A stretch of 64,000 bases of DNA from Escherichia coli (GTDB lineage Bacteria > Pseudomonadota > Gammaproteobacteria > Enterobacterales > Enterobacteriaceae). The stretch is taken from NCBI RefSeq assembly GCF_050320075.1, contig NZ_CP190018.1; one strand, given 5' to 3'. Of this stretch, positions 25,265 to 33,807 are shown piece after piece. Every line of letters begins with the position of its first letter. The stretch's first letter is position 1. Position numbers and translations under genes: made by a program. The notes beneath the pieces are model-generated. The model did not search any database and was not told the origin of the DNA. It saw only the letters and a program-made list of their open reading frames with translations.

Positions 25265-25627
25265 TCATTCATCTCCCTGTTCAGTGATGGTCAGTTCCAG
25301 CTTTCCACCTTTGACAACCGGCATCTTCACAACGCGGTAATCAACGACCTGAGCATCATCCAACCAGAAACCTGCTTTGGTGAGTGCGTCAAAAGCGGCC
25401 TTTTGTAGATTATCCAGGTCACGGCGACGGCGATCCGGCATGTGACACTCAATGCGGATTTTCACAGGCATAGCCAGGCCGATATCCAGCATTGCGTTTT
25501 TAATGATTCGGGCGACGTTTTCGCGGTATGCCTGCCCCTCTGCGCTGATGTGCGTGCGCCCGCGATTATGGCGGTAATAGCGATTATTGCTCGGCGGCCA
25601 GGGTAATGTGATATTGTAGGTATTCAC
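25265..25627 (-). CDS. rusA: Holliday-junction resolvase RusA
   Basis: 120-aa [57 protein letters not shown]... matches DLP12 RusA. Confidence 0.92.
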   Translation of the reverse strand: MNTYNITLPWPPSNNRYYRHNRGRTHISAEGQAYRENVARIIKNAMLDIGLAMPVKIRIECHMPDRRRRDLDNLQKAAFDALTKAGFWLDDAQVVDYRVVKMPVVKGGKLELTITEQGDE

Positions 25628-25914
25628 GCCTTAATTACCCCCTCTTTCAGCCAGATAACCTGCGTTCTCGCCATACCTTCCAGCGCGCATTCTTTTGCAT
25701 ATCCAGCGTCAACAAAATGCGTGCGACGGTCGATCTCGTCGTGACAGGCAGAACATGCAATGGTGGCAATCAGGTCTGGCGGTTTGATACCGGTACCGCA
25801 CAATCCAGCCAGCCGGATATGTGCCAGTACAGACGTTTCAGGATTGCCATTACATACGCCAGGGATTCTTACCTGGCATTCCCGACCACGCGCTGCTTTT
25901 CTCAAATCAGCCAT
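25624..25914 (-). CDS. YbcO-like prophage protein (Cys/His-rich, putative nuclease)
   Basis: [64 protein letters not shown]... resembles DLP12 YbcO (96 aa). Confidence 0.85.
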   Translation of the reverse strand: MADLRKAARGRECQVRIPGVCNGNPETSVLAHIRLAGLCGTGIKPPDLIATIACSACHDEIDRRTHFVDAGYAKECALEGMARTQVIWLKEGVIKA

Positions 25915-26077
25915 GATTCCTCCTTGCTGCCAGTCGCAACCATTTTTTATCAACCAGGCTGGCGGTATATCCGAGCAGTGTTGGTATTTCGGATGGTTTC
26001 AGCTCAGGCCTACGCTTACGACGATTTGGTACTTTGTAGATGTGTCCGTTCATGACACGAATAAGCGGTGTAGCCAT
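25907..26077 (-). CDS. NinE-family small protein
   Basis: Hand-translated 56-aa [59 protein letters not shown], overlapping the ybcO-like start (ATGGCTGA); position between ninB and ybcO. Confidence 0.6.
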   Translation of the reverse strand: MATPLIRVMNGHIYKVPNRRKRRPELKPSEIPTLLGYTASLVDKKWLRLAARRNHG

Positions 26078-26532
26078 TACGCCTCCTGCTTATCACGCAG
26101 CAGCTGGAACTCGCAGCTCTGCGGAATAGTCAGGTGGCAGCCAATATTCATCGCCCAGGCTTCAACCTTACACAGGAAGACATACATCTCTCCGGTATCA
26201 AGGTCGGAGGTATGGCGTAACGACTGGATAGTGGTGATATCACCGGTTACGACATCAACCAGGTCTTTGGTTTCATAACCGAGATATGTGTGTTTGAGAG
26301 CATCTTTTACCCAAGCTGGAGTGGCGAACGTTTTACCCCTGCTGATGAGGTATTCACTGATTTCGCTGTACCACATGTGGCTGAGTGCATTCTGGGAAAG
26401 ACTGCGTCTCTCGCGCCACGGTTTAAGCACCATGCGAAAGCATTTGCCGTCCTCCAGATAAGGCTGGATCTGCCGACCGATAGCGGTGAAGTTACCGCGA
26501 TGTAATTTGATGCCATCTTGTGGGAGGTTCAC
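26077..26532 (-). CDS. ninB: Recombination protein NinB
   Basis: 151-aa [61 protein letters not shown]... resembles NinB family proteins. Confidence 0.85.
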   Translation of the reverse strand: MNLPQDGIKLHRGNFTAIGRQIQPYLEDGKCFRMVLKPWRERRSLSQNALSHMWYSEISEYLISRGKTFATPAWVKDALKHTYLGYETKDLVDVVTGDITTIQSLRHTSDLDTGEMYVFLCKVEAWAMNIGCHLTIPQSCEFQLLRDKQEA

Positions 26533-26726
26533 GCTTCACCTCCGCAGAGGTCAAACGTTGGATGCAAAGAATCGCAGGTGCATTTCTGCATCTGTGAAGA
26601 GAGAAGAGAGTTTAGATTGTATGTGCGCATAAACGTCCCCGTTTAGCGCAGAAGTCACCGGAGTTGTTCAGGCTCCAATGGCATGATTATGGCTGGTTGA
26701 TTATTGGAAATCAAATGTGCTGAAAA

Positions 26727-27236
26727 TTAGTCTGCCAAGTCTTCCTCAGTCGCAACTGGGTAATTCCAAATATCAAAAAAAGCTATAGCCTCCTGCCATT
26801 TGCTCCATAAGTTATCAAGTACTTGTGTAGGTTCCGTACTTTTAAAAACAGAATCAGCCGCATCACCGTTATGAACTTCCTCGTACAGTTCCATTATTAG
26901 CAGATTAACAAAGTACTGTTTCAACATTAATGCCTGATTACCTTCTTTCTGCTGGCTATCCTGCTTGATGATCTCCATCGCCCGTACTAGGCACCTGATG
27001 ATATCCGCTGCATCATTAACGCTCCATTCAGATCCGCGCTTATCTTTAGCTGATGAATTGGCTCTCTCAGCGCAAGCCTTTAAAGACTCATAAAGGTAAA
27101 CTCTATTTTGTAGCTGCAGCGCTTTTTTTGACGTGTACCAACTTGCAAGCGCCGACCCCGCTGCGGCTAATGTGCCAAACGCAGAAATACCTGCTGCTAT
27201 TGCACTTAAGTCGGCACTGTCAAAGTTCCACATCAT
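26727..27236 (-). CDS. Hypothetical protein with one N-terminal transmembrane segment (prophage cargo, unknown function)
   Basis: 169-aa ORF MMWNFDSADLSAIAAGISAFGTLAAAGSALASWYTSKK... then a hydrophilic acidic tail; low GC; no family recognised. Confidence 0.55.
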   Translation of the reverse strand: MMWNFDSADLSAIAAGISAFGTLAAAGSALASWYTSKKALQLQNRVYLYESLKACAERANSSAKDKRGSEWSVNDAADIIRCLVRAMEIIKQDSQQKEGNQALMLKQYFVNLLIMELYEEVHNGDAADSVFKSTEPTQVLDNLWSKWQEAIAFFDIWNYPVATEEDLAD

Positions 27237-27905
27237 CGTTACACCTTATATAAATACCCCTCAGTAATATCCAATAAGGTATGTGCACAATCAATATAAT
27301 TTTATCCGTATCGGCACATAGCGATTTGAAGGCTACTGGTAATAGTATATTTTAGATTATATCGTCCAGTTTACAGCACCCGTATTTTATGAAATGGACT
27401 CGCATATTACCCAAAAAATGCCAGCACTTCCGTCATCGTAGAATGCTGGCAGTATTTCTAACTAGTGACTTTATTGGAACAGATTCTGACGGAAATATGG
27501 TAACACTCGACTCCACTTATCATCCAGCCACGGCTGGAATTTTACATGTGCCGTTTATCTGGCGAGGATTGCTCGCGCTCTGTTGAGTATCTGGGGATAT
27601 TCATGCTCGATAGAAGTAAAGCGGCCGGCTTCGCGGTGCTCCGCAACCTGAAGTAGTGGAGTAACGTTCTGGCAGGCAGTTAACATCACATCACCTGCTC
27701 GCCATAACCAAGCACGTGCACAAAGTTTGTTATCAGTGAATTGTTTTGTGATTGGGTATTGTTGAACTGCTAGAACGAGAACGCCAGCATCCATTGGCAG
27801 TCCCTATAGTAAAACCATAGCTCAGGACGCTTCGTTCAGGATAGATAATTTTATTGTACTTACCTAACTTTCTTACTATAGCACGGTTGAAAAAGTGATT
27901 ATTAC

Positions 27906-29432
27906 TCAAAAATAAACCTCACCATCAACCATATATTTGAGAGTACTTATCGCCTGCTGGGCGGATATTATTTTCATTAAAGGATAGTGTTTAAAAACAA
28001 TGCCATTCATAAAATAGATATCACAGGTTTTATTATCTGTATTGATTATGATTTTTTCGAATGTTTTATAGGCAAGTGTACGACATAGCTCTCGCCCATT
28101 TTTACTGGTTAAGTCAATAGCATGAAAATCACCAAGTGAACTCACCGCTTTACTCTTCAAAGTTTTTAATGATACAGAAGCCCTTCGTAATTCCTTATCT
28201 AATACTCTGATTTTTTCTGCTATAGCGGTAACTTCAGGCGCAACAGATAATGCAGCAATTAAATTATTAATTTTCATCTGGAGCTCAATAATTTTCAACT
28301 CTAAAGTTTCATTAGCATCTTTCTTGTTTTCAACTGGTTGGATTTTACTACAATTAAAAAGCAACTCATTAATGATATTATAATCAACCAAATCTCTCTT
28401 TATTGATGGCCTGTCACATCGATGCAGTCTTCTCATCGGACAAACATAATAGCCATGCAAACTTCCAGATACCGCATGAACAATCATGGTATTACCACAA
28501 GCCTCGCACTTCATAACTGTTCGAAGTAGATTTATCAACATAGGATTTTTGCTACTATTGCTAATACCAAAAGGTGCCAACCGAATTTCCTGCACAGCGT
28601 AAAACAAATCATCTGATATGACTCTGGGATAATAGCCAGCGATTTCACTTATTCCTTTACCTCTTGCACGATATGAAGGTACGCATATACCTATCAGAGC
28701 TTTATTCGCTAATAATTTTTCAATTACAGAAGGTCCCCATGCACTTTCTTTTCCTGAGAAATTCTTTACAGCATGATCATTTAAATACTTGGCTATTGCA
28801 TTCAATGAGCGCCTTTCCATCCTGAGTTTAAAAATTAGCTCAATAGTTTTCACCCTGTCGGGGTCTGGAACAAAAGCCGTTCTTTTGTCATCCAATGAGA
28901 GCCATCTCGGACAAGACGCCGTCATAATCGTGCCTGACTCCAGTGCATCCTGCCGTTTTTTCTTCCATGATAATTTAACCCGACTTGACTTTATCTCGCT
29001 TTCTTCATTTGCCCTTTGTGCTATAAGTATGGCTTTTATTAATGAATATGGCTCATTCAATGAGTCAATATTATAGACTGTATTATCGCAAAGAGTTATA
29101 ACATCAATACCGTGATTCAAAATCAATTTCAGACGCTCAATCGCTTCACCGACTTTTTCTCTTGAAAGTCTGTCCAGACTTTCAACTAACAATGTAGTCC
29201 CTGGCAATATATAACCATGTTCTATAGCATCTAAAAATTCCGAAAAAGCTCCTGATTGTGCATGCTTTCCATTGAATGCGCTTAACCCCAAATCTTCATA
29301 CGTTACGGTATCAAGGTAATAATCACTATTTACCTTTAGCCATTCAGTAATAAGCCTTCTCTGGCGGTTTAATGAATCACCAGACATCTGACCTGGTGAT
29401 GAAAATCGCATATATGCTATGGCTTTTTTCAT
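27906..29432 (-). CDS. Large serine recombinase (resolvase/invertase catalytic domain plus recombinase and Cys-rich zinc-ribbon-like domains), DLP12 YbcK type
   Basis: 508-aa ORF MKKAIAYMRFSSPGQMSGDSLNRQRRLITEWL... (catalytic Ser in RFSSPGQ) with downstream CEACGN...CPMRRLHRCDRP cysteine cluster; low GC. Confidence 0.85.
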   Translation of the reverse strand: MKKAIAYMRFSSPGQMSGDSLNRQRRLITEWLKVNSDYYLDTVTYEDLGLSAFNGKHAQSGAFSEFLDAIEHGYILPGTTLLVESLDRLSREKVGEAIERLKLILNHGIDVITLCDNTVYNIDSLNEPYSLIKAILIAQRANEESEIKSSRVKLSWKKKRQDALESGTIMTASCPRWLSLDDKRTAFVPDPDRVKTIELIFKLRMERRSLNAIAKYLNDHAVKNFSGKESAWGPSVIEKLLANKALIGICVPSYRARGKGISEIAGYYPRVISDDLFYAVQEIRLAPFGISNSSKNPMLINLLRTVMKCEACGNTMIVHAVSGSLHGYYVCPMRRLHRCDRPSIKRDLVDYNIINELLFNCSKIQPVENKKDANETLELKIIELQMKINNLIAALSVAPEVTAIAEKIRVLDKELRRASVSLKTLKSKAVSSLGDFHAIDLTSKNGRELCRTLAYKTFEKIIINTDNKTCDIYFMNGIVFKHYPLMKIISAQQAISTLKYMVDGEVYF

Positions 29433-29687
29433 GGTGACACCTGCTAAAGTATGCTTTTATAAACCTTAGTGGTGAGATATGATTTTTGTTTAATTTTTAT
29501 TTAAAAAGACAATTAAGGTCACATTATCTTGAATATACAACAATAATCGTATTGCAATTTTCTTACACCATAATCTTGAAAGCACAAAAGAATGAATAAA
29601 AACTAAAGACATTAACAAAAAGCATAAAACGAGGCCCATATAAATATACGAACCTCCATATTTTAGTCGTTTAAAAACAAATTATTT

Positions 29688-30020
29688 TTAATGTGGCGTG
29701 CTTCGTGACAATAAATTAATAACCAACACACCGGCACAAATCAACATCATGCCTATAATGGCTGGCAGGTCCAATCGTTGGCCGAAAAATCCCCATGATA
29801 GTAAGCTAATCAGGACAATACCGACTCCTGACCAGATAGCATAAGCAATCCCTGTAGGAATATAAGCCAGCGTCTGAGCTAATAACCAGAATGATGCACA
29901 ATAACAAATAATTGTACCAACAGATGGCCATAACCGTGTAAAACCTTCTGAAAACTTCATTAAGGTTGTACCAATGACCTCTGCAAGTATTGCACCACCA
30001 AGATAAATATAAGGATTCAT
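29688..30020 (-). CDS. emrE: Small multidrug resistance (SMR) efflux protein EmrE
   Basis: MNPYIYLGGAILAEVIGTTLMKFSEGFTRLWPSVGTIICYCASFWLLAQTLAYIPTGIAYAIWSGVGIVLISLLSWGFFGQRLDLPAIIGMMLICAGVL... essentially identical to E. coli EmrE (110 aa). Confidence 0.95.
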   Translation of the reverse strand: MNPYIYLGGAILAEVIGTTLMKFSEGFTRLWPSVGTIICYCASFWLLAQTLAYIPTGIAYAIWSGVGIVLISLLSWGFFGQRLDLPAIIGMMLICAGVLVINLLSRSTPH

Positions 30021-30087
30021 AGCATATTCTTTCCTGTTCAAACTGGAGAGAATTGTACTACAGTTTGAACTCAACTCACCTGTTTCA

Positions 30088-30390
30088 TCATTGTGTACCC
30101 ATTGATGTTCTTTTATATACCCTCAATACCCGTTTCATCGCGGCACTCTGGCGACACTCCTTAAAAATCAAATTCGTGCTCACCTTTCCTTCCCATTCTT
30201 CTCTGGTAGCGAACCGATAATACACCGTTCGCCAGACCTTACCATCAACGACCAGGATTCCTGCCCGCGCCATTTTAGCCGCAGCCTGATTTATGCTGGT
30301 TACCGTTGCGCCTGTTACCGCGGCAACGTCCTGCGCACAGAATTTCTTATGAGTCCCCAGGTAATGAATAATTGCCTCTTTGCCCGTCAT
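30088..30390 (-). CDS. ren: Ren protein
   Basis: 100-aa ORF MTGKEAIIHYLGTHKKFCAQDVAAVTGATVTSINQAAAKMARAGILVVDGKVWRTVYYRFATREE... matches lambda Ren. Confidence 0.9.
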   Translation of the reverse strand: MTGKEAIIHYLGTHKKFCAQDVAAVTGATVTSINQAAAKMARAGILVVDGKVWRTVYYRFATREEWEGKVSTNLIFKECRQSAAMKRVLRVYKRTSMGTQ

Positions 30391-31088
30391 ACCCTTGCTC
30401 CTTTCAGCCCAAACTTAGCTTTGATTTCTGCGATCTTCGCCAGAGCCTGAGCACGATTTAGAGGTCTACCGCCCATGACAGGAAGTTGTTTTACTGGTTC
30501 AGGTATAGCCTCACCACGGTTAATTCGTGCGGTCATACAGGACAGTTCATCGGCAGCCTTGCGCCGTAATTCCGCGTCAGTCAACGCATTGGCCCGCATG
30601 TTCTGATACAGGTTGGTAACCAGCCAGTAGTGCGCGTTTGATTTCCACGGATAAGACTCTGCATCCGGATACAGCCCGCGCTTCCGGCAATACTCGTAAA
30701 CCATATCAACCAGCTCGCTGGCGTTTGGCAGCCCAGCGGTAACGGATGCTTCTTCCCGGCACCAGGCGACAAACTGCCCGGGTGATGGCAGGAATGGTCG
30801 ATTCTGCCGACGGGCTACGCGCATTCCAGCGTTAACCTGTTCCATTGTGGTGATCCCGTTTTCCCGAAAAGCCAGCACCCACTGGCGGCGGATTTCGTTC
30901 AGTTCATTCTGGTCACGGTTAGCCAGGCTCGCCGGGAAAGTTGCCAGTAACTGGCTGAACACACCGTTGATGATCTGCGCTACCTGCTGTACCTGTGGCT
31001 TTTCGTCGTACTGTTCCGGCATGTTGTTGGCGATCCGACGCATCTGCTCACGGTCAAAGTTAACCATCTGTGCGGCGATGTTTTTCAT
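30387..31088 (-). CDS. P: Replication protein P (DnaB helicase loader)
   Basis: 233-aa ORF MKNIAAQMVNFDREQMRRIANNMPEQYDEKPQVQQVAQIINGVFSQLLATFPASLANRDQNE... matches lambda P. Confidence 0.95.
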   Translation of the reverse strand: MKNIAAQMVNFDREQMRRIANNMPEQYDEKPQVQQVAQIINGVFSQLLATFPASLANRDQNELNEIRRQWVLAFRENGITTMEQVNAGMRVARRQNRPFLPSPGQFVAWCREEASVTAGLPNASELVDMVYEYCRKRGLYPDAESYPWKSNAHYWLVTNLYQNMRANALTDAELRRKAADELSCMTARINRGEAIPEPVKQLPVMGGRPLNRAQALAKIAEIKAKFGLKGARV

Positions 31089-32104
31089 AGATCCACCCCG
31101 TAAATCCAGTCAGTGTTTGTCAGGTCGAGTTTTGGTTTGCCGACTGTCACGCCAGCCTGTTGCTTGTTCCGGTTGATTTCGAGCTGGGTCCACTTGTCGC
31201 GGAGTTTGGCCGGACTCAGCACGTTACCGGACCAGAAGTTGTCCTGGCAGGCCCAGCGGAACAGTACACACATGTCGCGGTGGTTACGTCCATCACGTTC
31301 ACGCATCAGACGGATATCGTTAGCCCACCCTGCAAAATTCGGTTTTCTGGCTGATGGCGCGATGGTCTTCACCATGTCAAACATCCACTCTGCGGCGGTC
31401 AGGTCTTCTGCTGTCCCCCACTTGCTGCCGCTCTGAATTGCAGCATCCGGTTTCACCACAGGAAGATCGTTTTCTGGTTGGTCAGAGGATTCGCCAGAAT
31501 TCTCGGACGAAAAAGGTTTTATATTGTCTTTTGTTAGTTTGTCTTTTGTGTTTACCTGATTCGGGTAAACGCCTTTACCTGATTTGGGTAAACTTTTTTT
31601 ACCTGATTCAGGTAAATTTACCTCTTTCAGGTAAACTTTATTTTTCTTACCTGATTCGGGTAATGTTGACCATTCACTGACCACATTATTAATGCCGGTA
31701 TTCCGCCCGCTCTGAATAAAAATCCCACGCTTTACCAGAACACTTTTTGCAGCAGAACACTTGTGCGGCAATATCCCGGTTAATTCGGAAAGTTGCTCGT
31801 TGCTAACCCAATCCAGTTTTTTATTAAAGCCATATGTTTTGCGCATGACAGCCAGAAAGACCAGAAGCTGGTGCTGTGTTAATCCGGCCAGCATCACAGC
31901 TTCCAGCAACTCATTTGCAATGCGCGTATAACCATCATCGAGATCTGCCACGCGCGGCTCCTTTTGTGCCTCATCCGGCACTGGAAAATTGAATATCTCA
32001 GCAGTGTTTGCCATAATTCCTTCCGCAATGAGTGCGTTACGATTTGCACCTGAAAGTCGGCTCTGTTCCCGCAGACCGGCTTTCGCCATTTCTGAACCTG
32101 TCAT
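31085..32104 (-). CDS. O: Replication initiator O (non-lambda N-terminal iteron-binding domain, lambda-like C-terminal P-interaction domain); alternative start at 32014
   Basis: 339-aa ORF whose C-terminal ~100 aa match lambda O; start overlaps the upstream ydaT-like stop in ATGA; ori iterons inside the gene. Confidence 0.88.
   Translation of the reverse strand: MTGSEMAKAGLREQSRLSGANRNALIAEGIMANTAEIFNFPVPDEAQKEPRVADLDDGYTRIANELLEAVMLAGLTQHQLLVFLAVMRKTYGFNKKLDWVSNEQLSELTGILPHKCSAAKSVLVKRGIFIQSGRNTGINNVVSEWSTLPESGKKNKVYLKEVNLPESGKKSLPKSGKGVYPNQVNTKDKLTKDNIKPFSSENSGESSDQPENDLPVVKPDAAIQSGSKWGTAEDLTAAEWMFDMVKTIAPSARKPNFAGWANDIRLMRERDGRNHRDMCVLFRWACQDNFWSGNVLSPAKLRDKWTQLEINRNKQQAGVTVGKPKLDLTNTDWIYGVDL
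31545..31660. repeat. Replication origin iterons inside O: about five ~18-bp palindromic repeats (TTACCTGATTCGGGTAAA-like) plus AT-rich tract
   Basis: Direct repeats seen in sequence: TACCTGATTCGGGTAAAC, TACCTGATTTGGGTAAAC, TACCTGATTCAGGTAAAT, ACCTCTTTCAGGTAAAC, TACCTGATTCGGGTAATG; position equivalent to lambda ori within O. Confidence 0.8.
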
Positions 32105-32646
32105 ATTGCCCCCAGCATGGTGGTAACCATCGCCATTAATGGACCAGCCAGATCCGGGTCCACACGAAACATCGACACAATACCTTCACTCATTTCCTTC
32201 AGTTTCTGGTGGCGTGGTGCGTTGAGAATGACCGCCTGCTTTGCCTCACAGAGTTCCTTTTCCATTTCAGCCAGCCGAGCCATGAAGCTATCCTGCTCAA
32301 CCAGGTGGCCGCGATATTCCAGCGGTAGTACCGCCAGAATTGCCGGGGTCAGTTCACGCACGTTATTTCGGTATTTTTCAGAATCGAATTTGTTATCGAG
32401 GAAGCGGAACAGCTTCTGGCGTGCACGGCTGACATCATCAGGGAAATCGATGGTGCCGCCGCCCTGCTCCCGATACTCATTCACAATGAGTGCGGCAACA
32501 ACATCCTGATTATCTGCAGCCGACCACGCGCGAACGGCATCACGGATTTTTTCGTGGCCTGGCACCTGTTTTATTTGAGAACGATTTATCACCGCAGTCG
32601 GGCTAAATCCGCTAGTCTGTTGGTATGTAAGTGGTTGCATAGTCAT
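32101..32646 (-). CDS. YdaT-like protein (Rac-prophage ydaT family) in the cII position
   Basis: 181-aa ORF containing ...ELTPAILAVLPLEYRGHLVEQDSFMARLA..., resembling Rac YdaT as I recall it. Confidence 0.6.
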   Translation of the reverse strand: MTMQPLTYQQTSGFSPTAVINRSQIKQVPGHEKIRDAVRAWSAADNQDVVAALIVNEYREQGGGTIDFPDDVSRARQKLFRFLDNKFDSEKYRNNVRELTPAILAVLPLEYRGHLVEQDSFMARLAEMEKELCEAKQAVILNAPRHQKLKEMSEGIVSMFRVDPDLAGPLMAMVTTMLGAI

Positions 32647-32670
32647 TGCCTTATCAGTTAACGCCGCAGT

Positions 32671-32904
32671 TTAGGCGGCAGAATTACTCGCGTTAAACAA
32701 TGGTGCAAGGTCGGGACGAATATCTGCTGGTTTAATCTTTCCACCAGTGGCTGAGACAATTTTCATTACATAGCGGGCATCAATTCCGCCACCGTGTAGC
32801 CAACGCCAAACAGTGGGCTGGGCTACACCGCATAGATCTGCCAGTCGTTTTTGACTACCTGTAATACTGATTGCGAGTTGAATGGTTTGATTTGTCATTA
32901 TCAA
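32671..32904 (-). CDS. Cro/YdaS-like HTH DNA-binding protein (lytic-side regulator)
   Basis: 77-aa ORF ...QKRLADLCGVAQPTVWRWLHGGGIDARYVMKIVSATGG... (helix-turn-helix), divergent from the repressor gene. Confidence 0.75.
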   Translation of the reverse strand: MIMTNQTIQLAISITGSQKRLADLCGVAQPTVWRWLHGGGIDARYVMKIVSATGGKIKPADIRPDLAPLFNASNSAA

Positions 32905-33008
32905 TTCCTATTGGTATTACAATGAATGGATAATAGCAATGCGTATTAATCCAATCAATAGCAAAACGTGTTTTGACCATCAATACGCAAGCGTATAAAT
33001 TAAAACTT
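32905..33008. promoter_or_regulatory. Immunity-region divergent promoter/operator region (OR equivalent) with ATACGC/GCGTAT half-sites including the palindrome ATACGCAAGCGTAT (32983..32996)
   Basis: AT-rich 104-bp spacer between divergent cro-like and cI-like genes; repeated half-sites seen in sequence; operator assignment is inferred. Confidence 0.5.
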
Positions 33009-33701
33009 ATGAAAAAAGAAACTCTTGCTGATCGCTTAAACCTAGCGATGGAACAATCTGGAATGTCTCAAGGCGCTCTTGCAAAGGCGTCTGGCGTAGC
33101 TCAACCCACAATCTGGAGACTGACAAGCGGCAACGCACGCGGCTCAACAAAAATTGTTGAAATAGCTAATGCATTGGGTGTTCGAACAGAGTGGCTCTCA
33201 TCAGGCATAGGCCCGATGAGAAATGACGGTCAACAATCAGGGAAGCCTGCTGTCAACCATTCCAAATACTTCAAAATTGACGTTCTTGATATAGAAGTCA
33301 GTGCTGGGCCGGGTGTCATCAACCGTGAGTTTGTAGAAGTCCTACGCTCGGTTGAGTACTCGTTTGACGATGCTCGTCACATGTTCGATGGCAGGAAGGC
33401 AGAAAATATCCGCATCATTAACGTACGCGGTGACAGCATGTCAGGAACGATCGAACCAGGTGATCTTCTGTTCGTTGATATCACTGTTAAATCTTTCGAC
33501 GGTGATGGTATCTATGCGTTTCTGTACGACGACACAGCCCATGTAAAGCGCCTGCAAATGATGAAGGATAAGCTGCTGGTTATCTCTGATAACAAGAGCT
33601 ACTCACCGTGGGACCCGATCGAAAAAGACGAAATGAATCGGGTATTTATATTTGGGAAAGTTATTGGGAGTATGCCACAGACATATAGAAAACATGGGTA
33701 G
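33009..33701 (+). CDS. CI-type prophage repressor (N-terminal HTH, C-terminal S24 LexA-like autopeptidase domain)
   Basis: MKKETLADRLNLAMEQSGMSQGALAKASGVAQPTIWRLTSGN... plus C-terminal RGDSMSGTIEPGDLLFV...VKRL motifs and a candidate Ala-Gly cleavage site (VSAGPG); not lambda cI. Confidence 0.88.
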   Translation: MKKETLADRLNLAMEQSGMSQGALAKASGVAQPTIWRLTSGNARGSTKIVEIANALGVRTEWLSSGIGPMRNDGQQSGKPAVNHSKYFKIDVLDIEVSAGPGVINREFVEVLRSVEYSFDDARHMFDGRKAENIRIINVRGDSMSGTIEPGDLLFVDITVKSFDGDGIYAFLYDDTAHVKRLQMMKDKLLVISDNKSYSPWDPIEKDEMNRVFIFGKVIGSMPQTYRKHG

Positions 33702-33807
33702 ATTATTAATGACAGATTTCATCAAGATAACCAGATGATGTTTTGGTGAGACATGCTGACATCCTCATAATTTATAGAATGGATGTTTCAAGCAGAGCTT
33801 AAGGTAT

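Noticed and set aside
25057-25265. Small ylcG-like gene between rusA and Q
   Set aside because: The only ORF in the track there (25109..25408) is on the wrong strand; I could not verify a minus-strand reading frame by eye with confidence.
27389-27794. Small ORFs 27389..27586 (+) and 27555..27794 (-) in the spacer left of the serine recombinase
   Set aside because: Short, mutually overlapping, without recognisable domains or convincing ribosome-binding sites. Possibly remnants of a degraded gene or a recombination-site region rather than genes.
31545-31660. Possible CRISPR array suggested by short tandem repeats
   Set aside because: The repeats are ~18 bp, palindromic, lie inside the O coding sequence and have no distinct spacers or nearby cas genes. 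They are replication-origin iterons.
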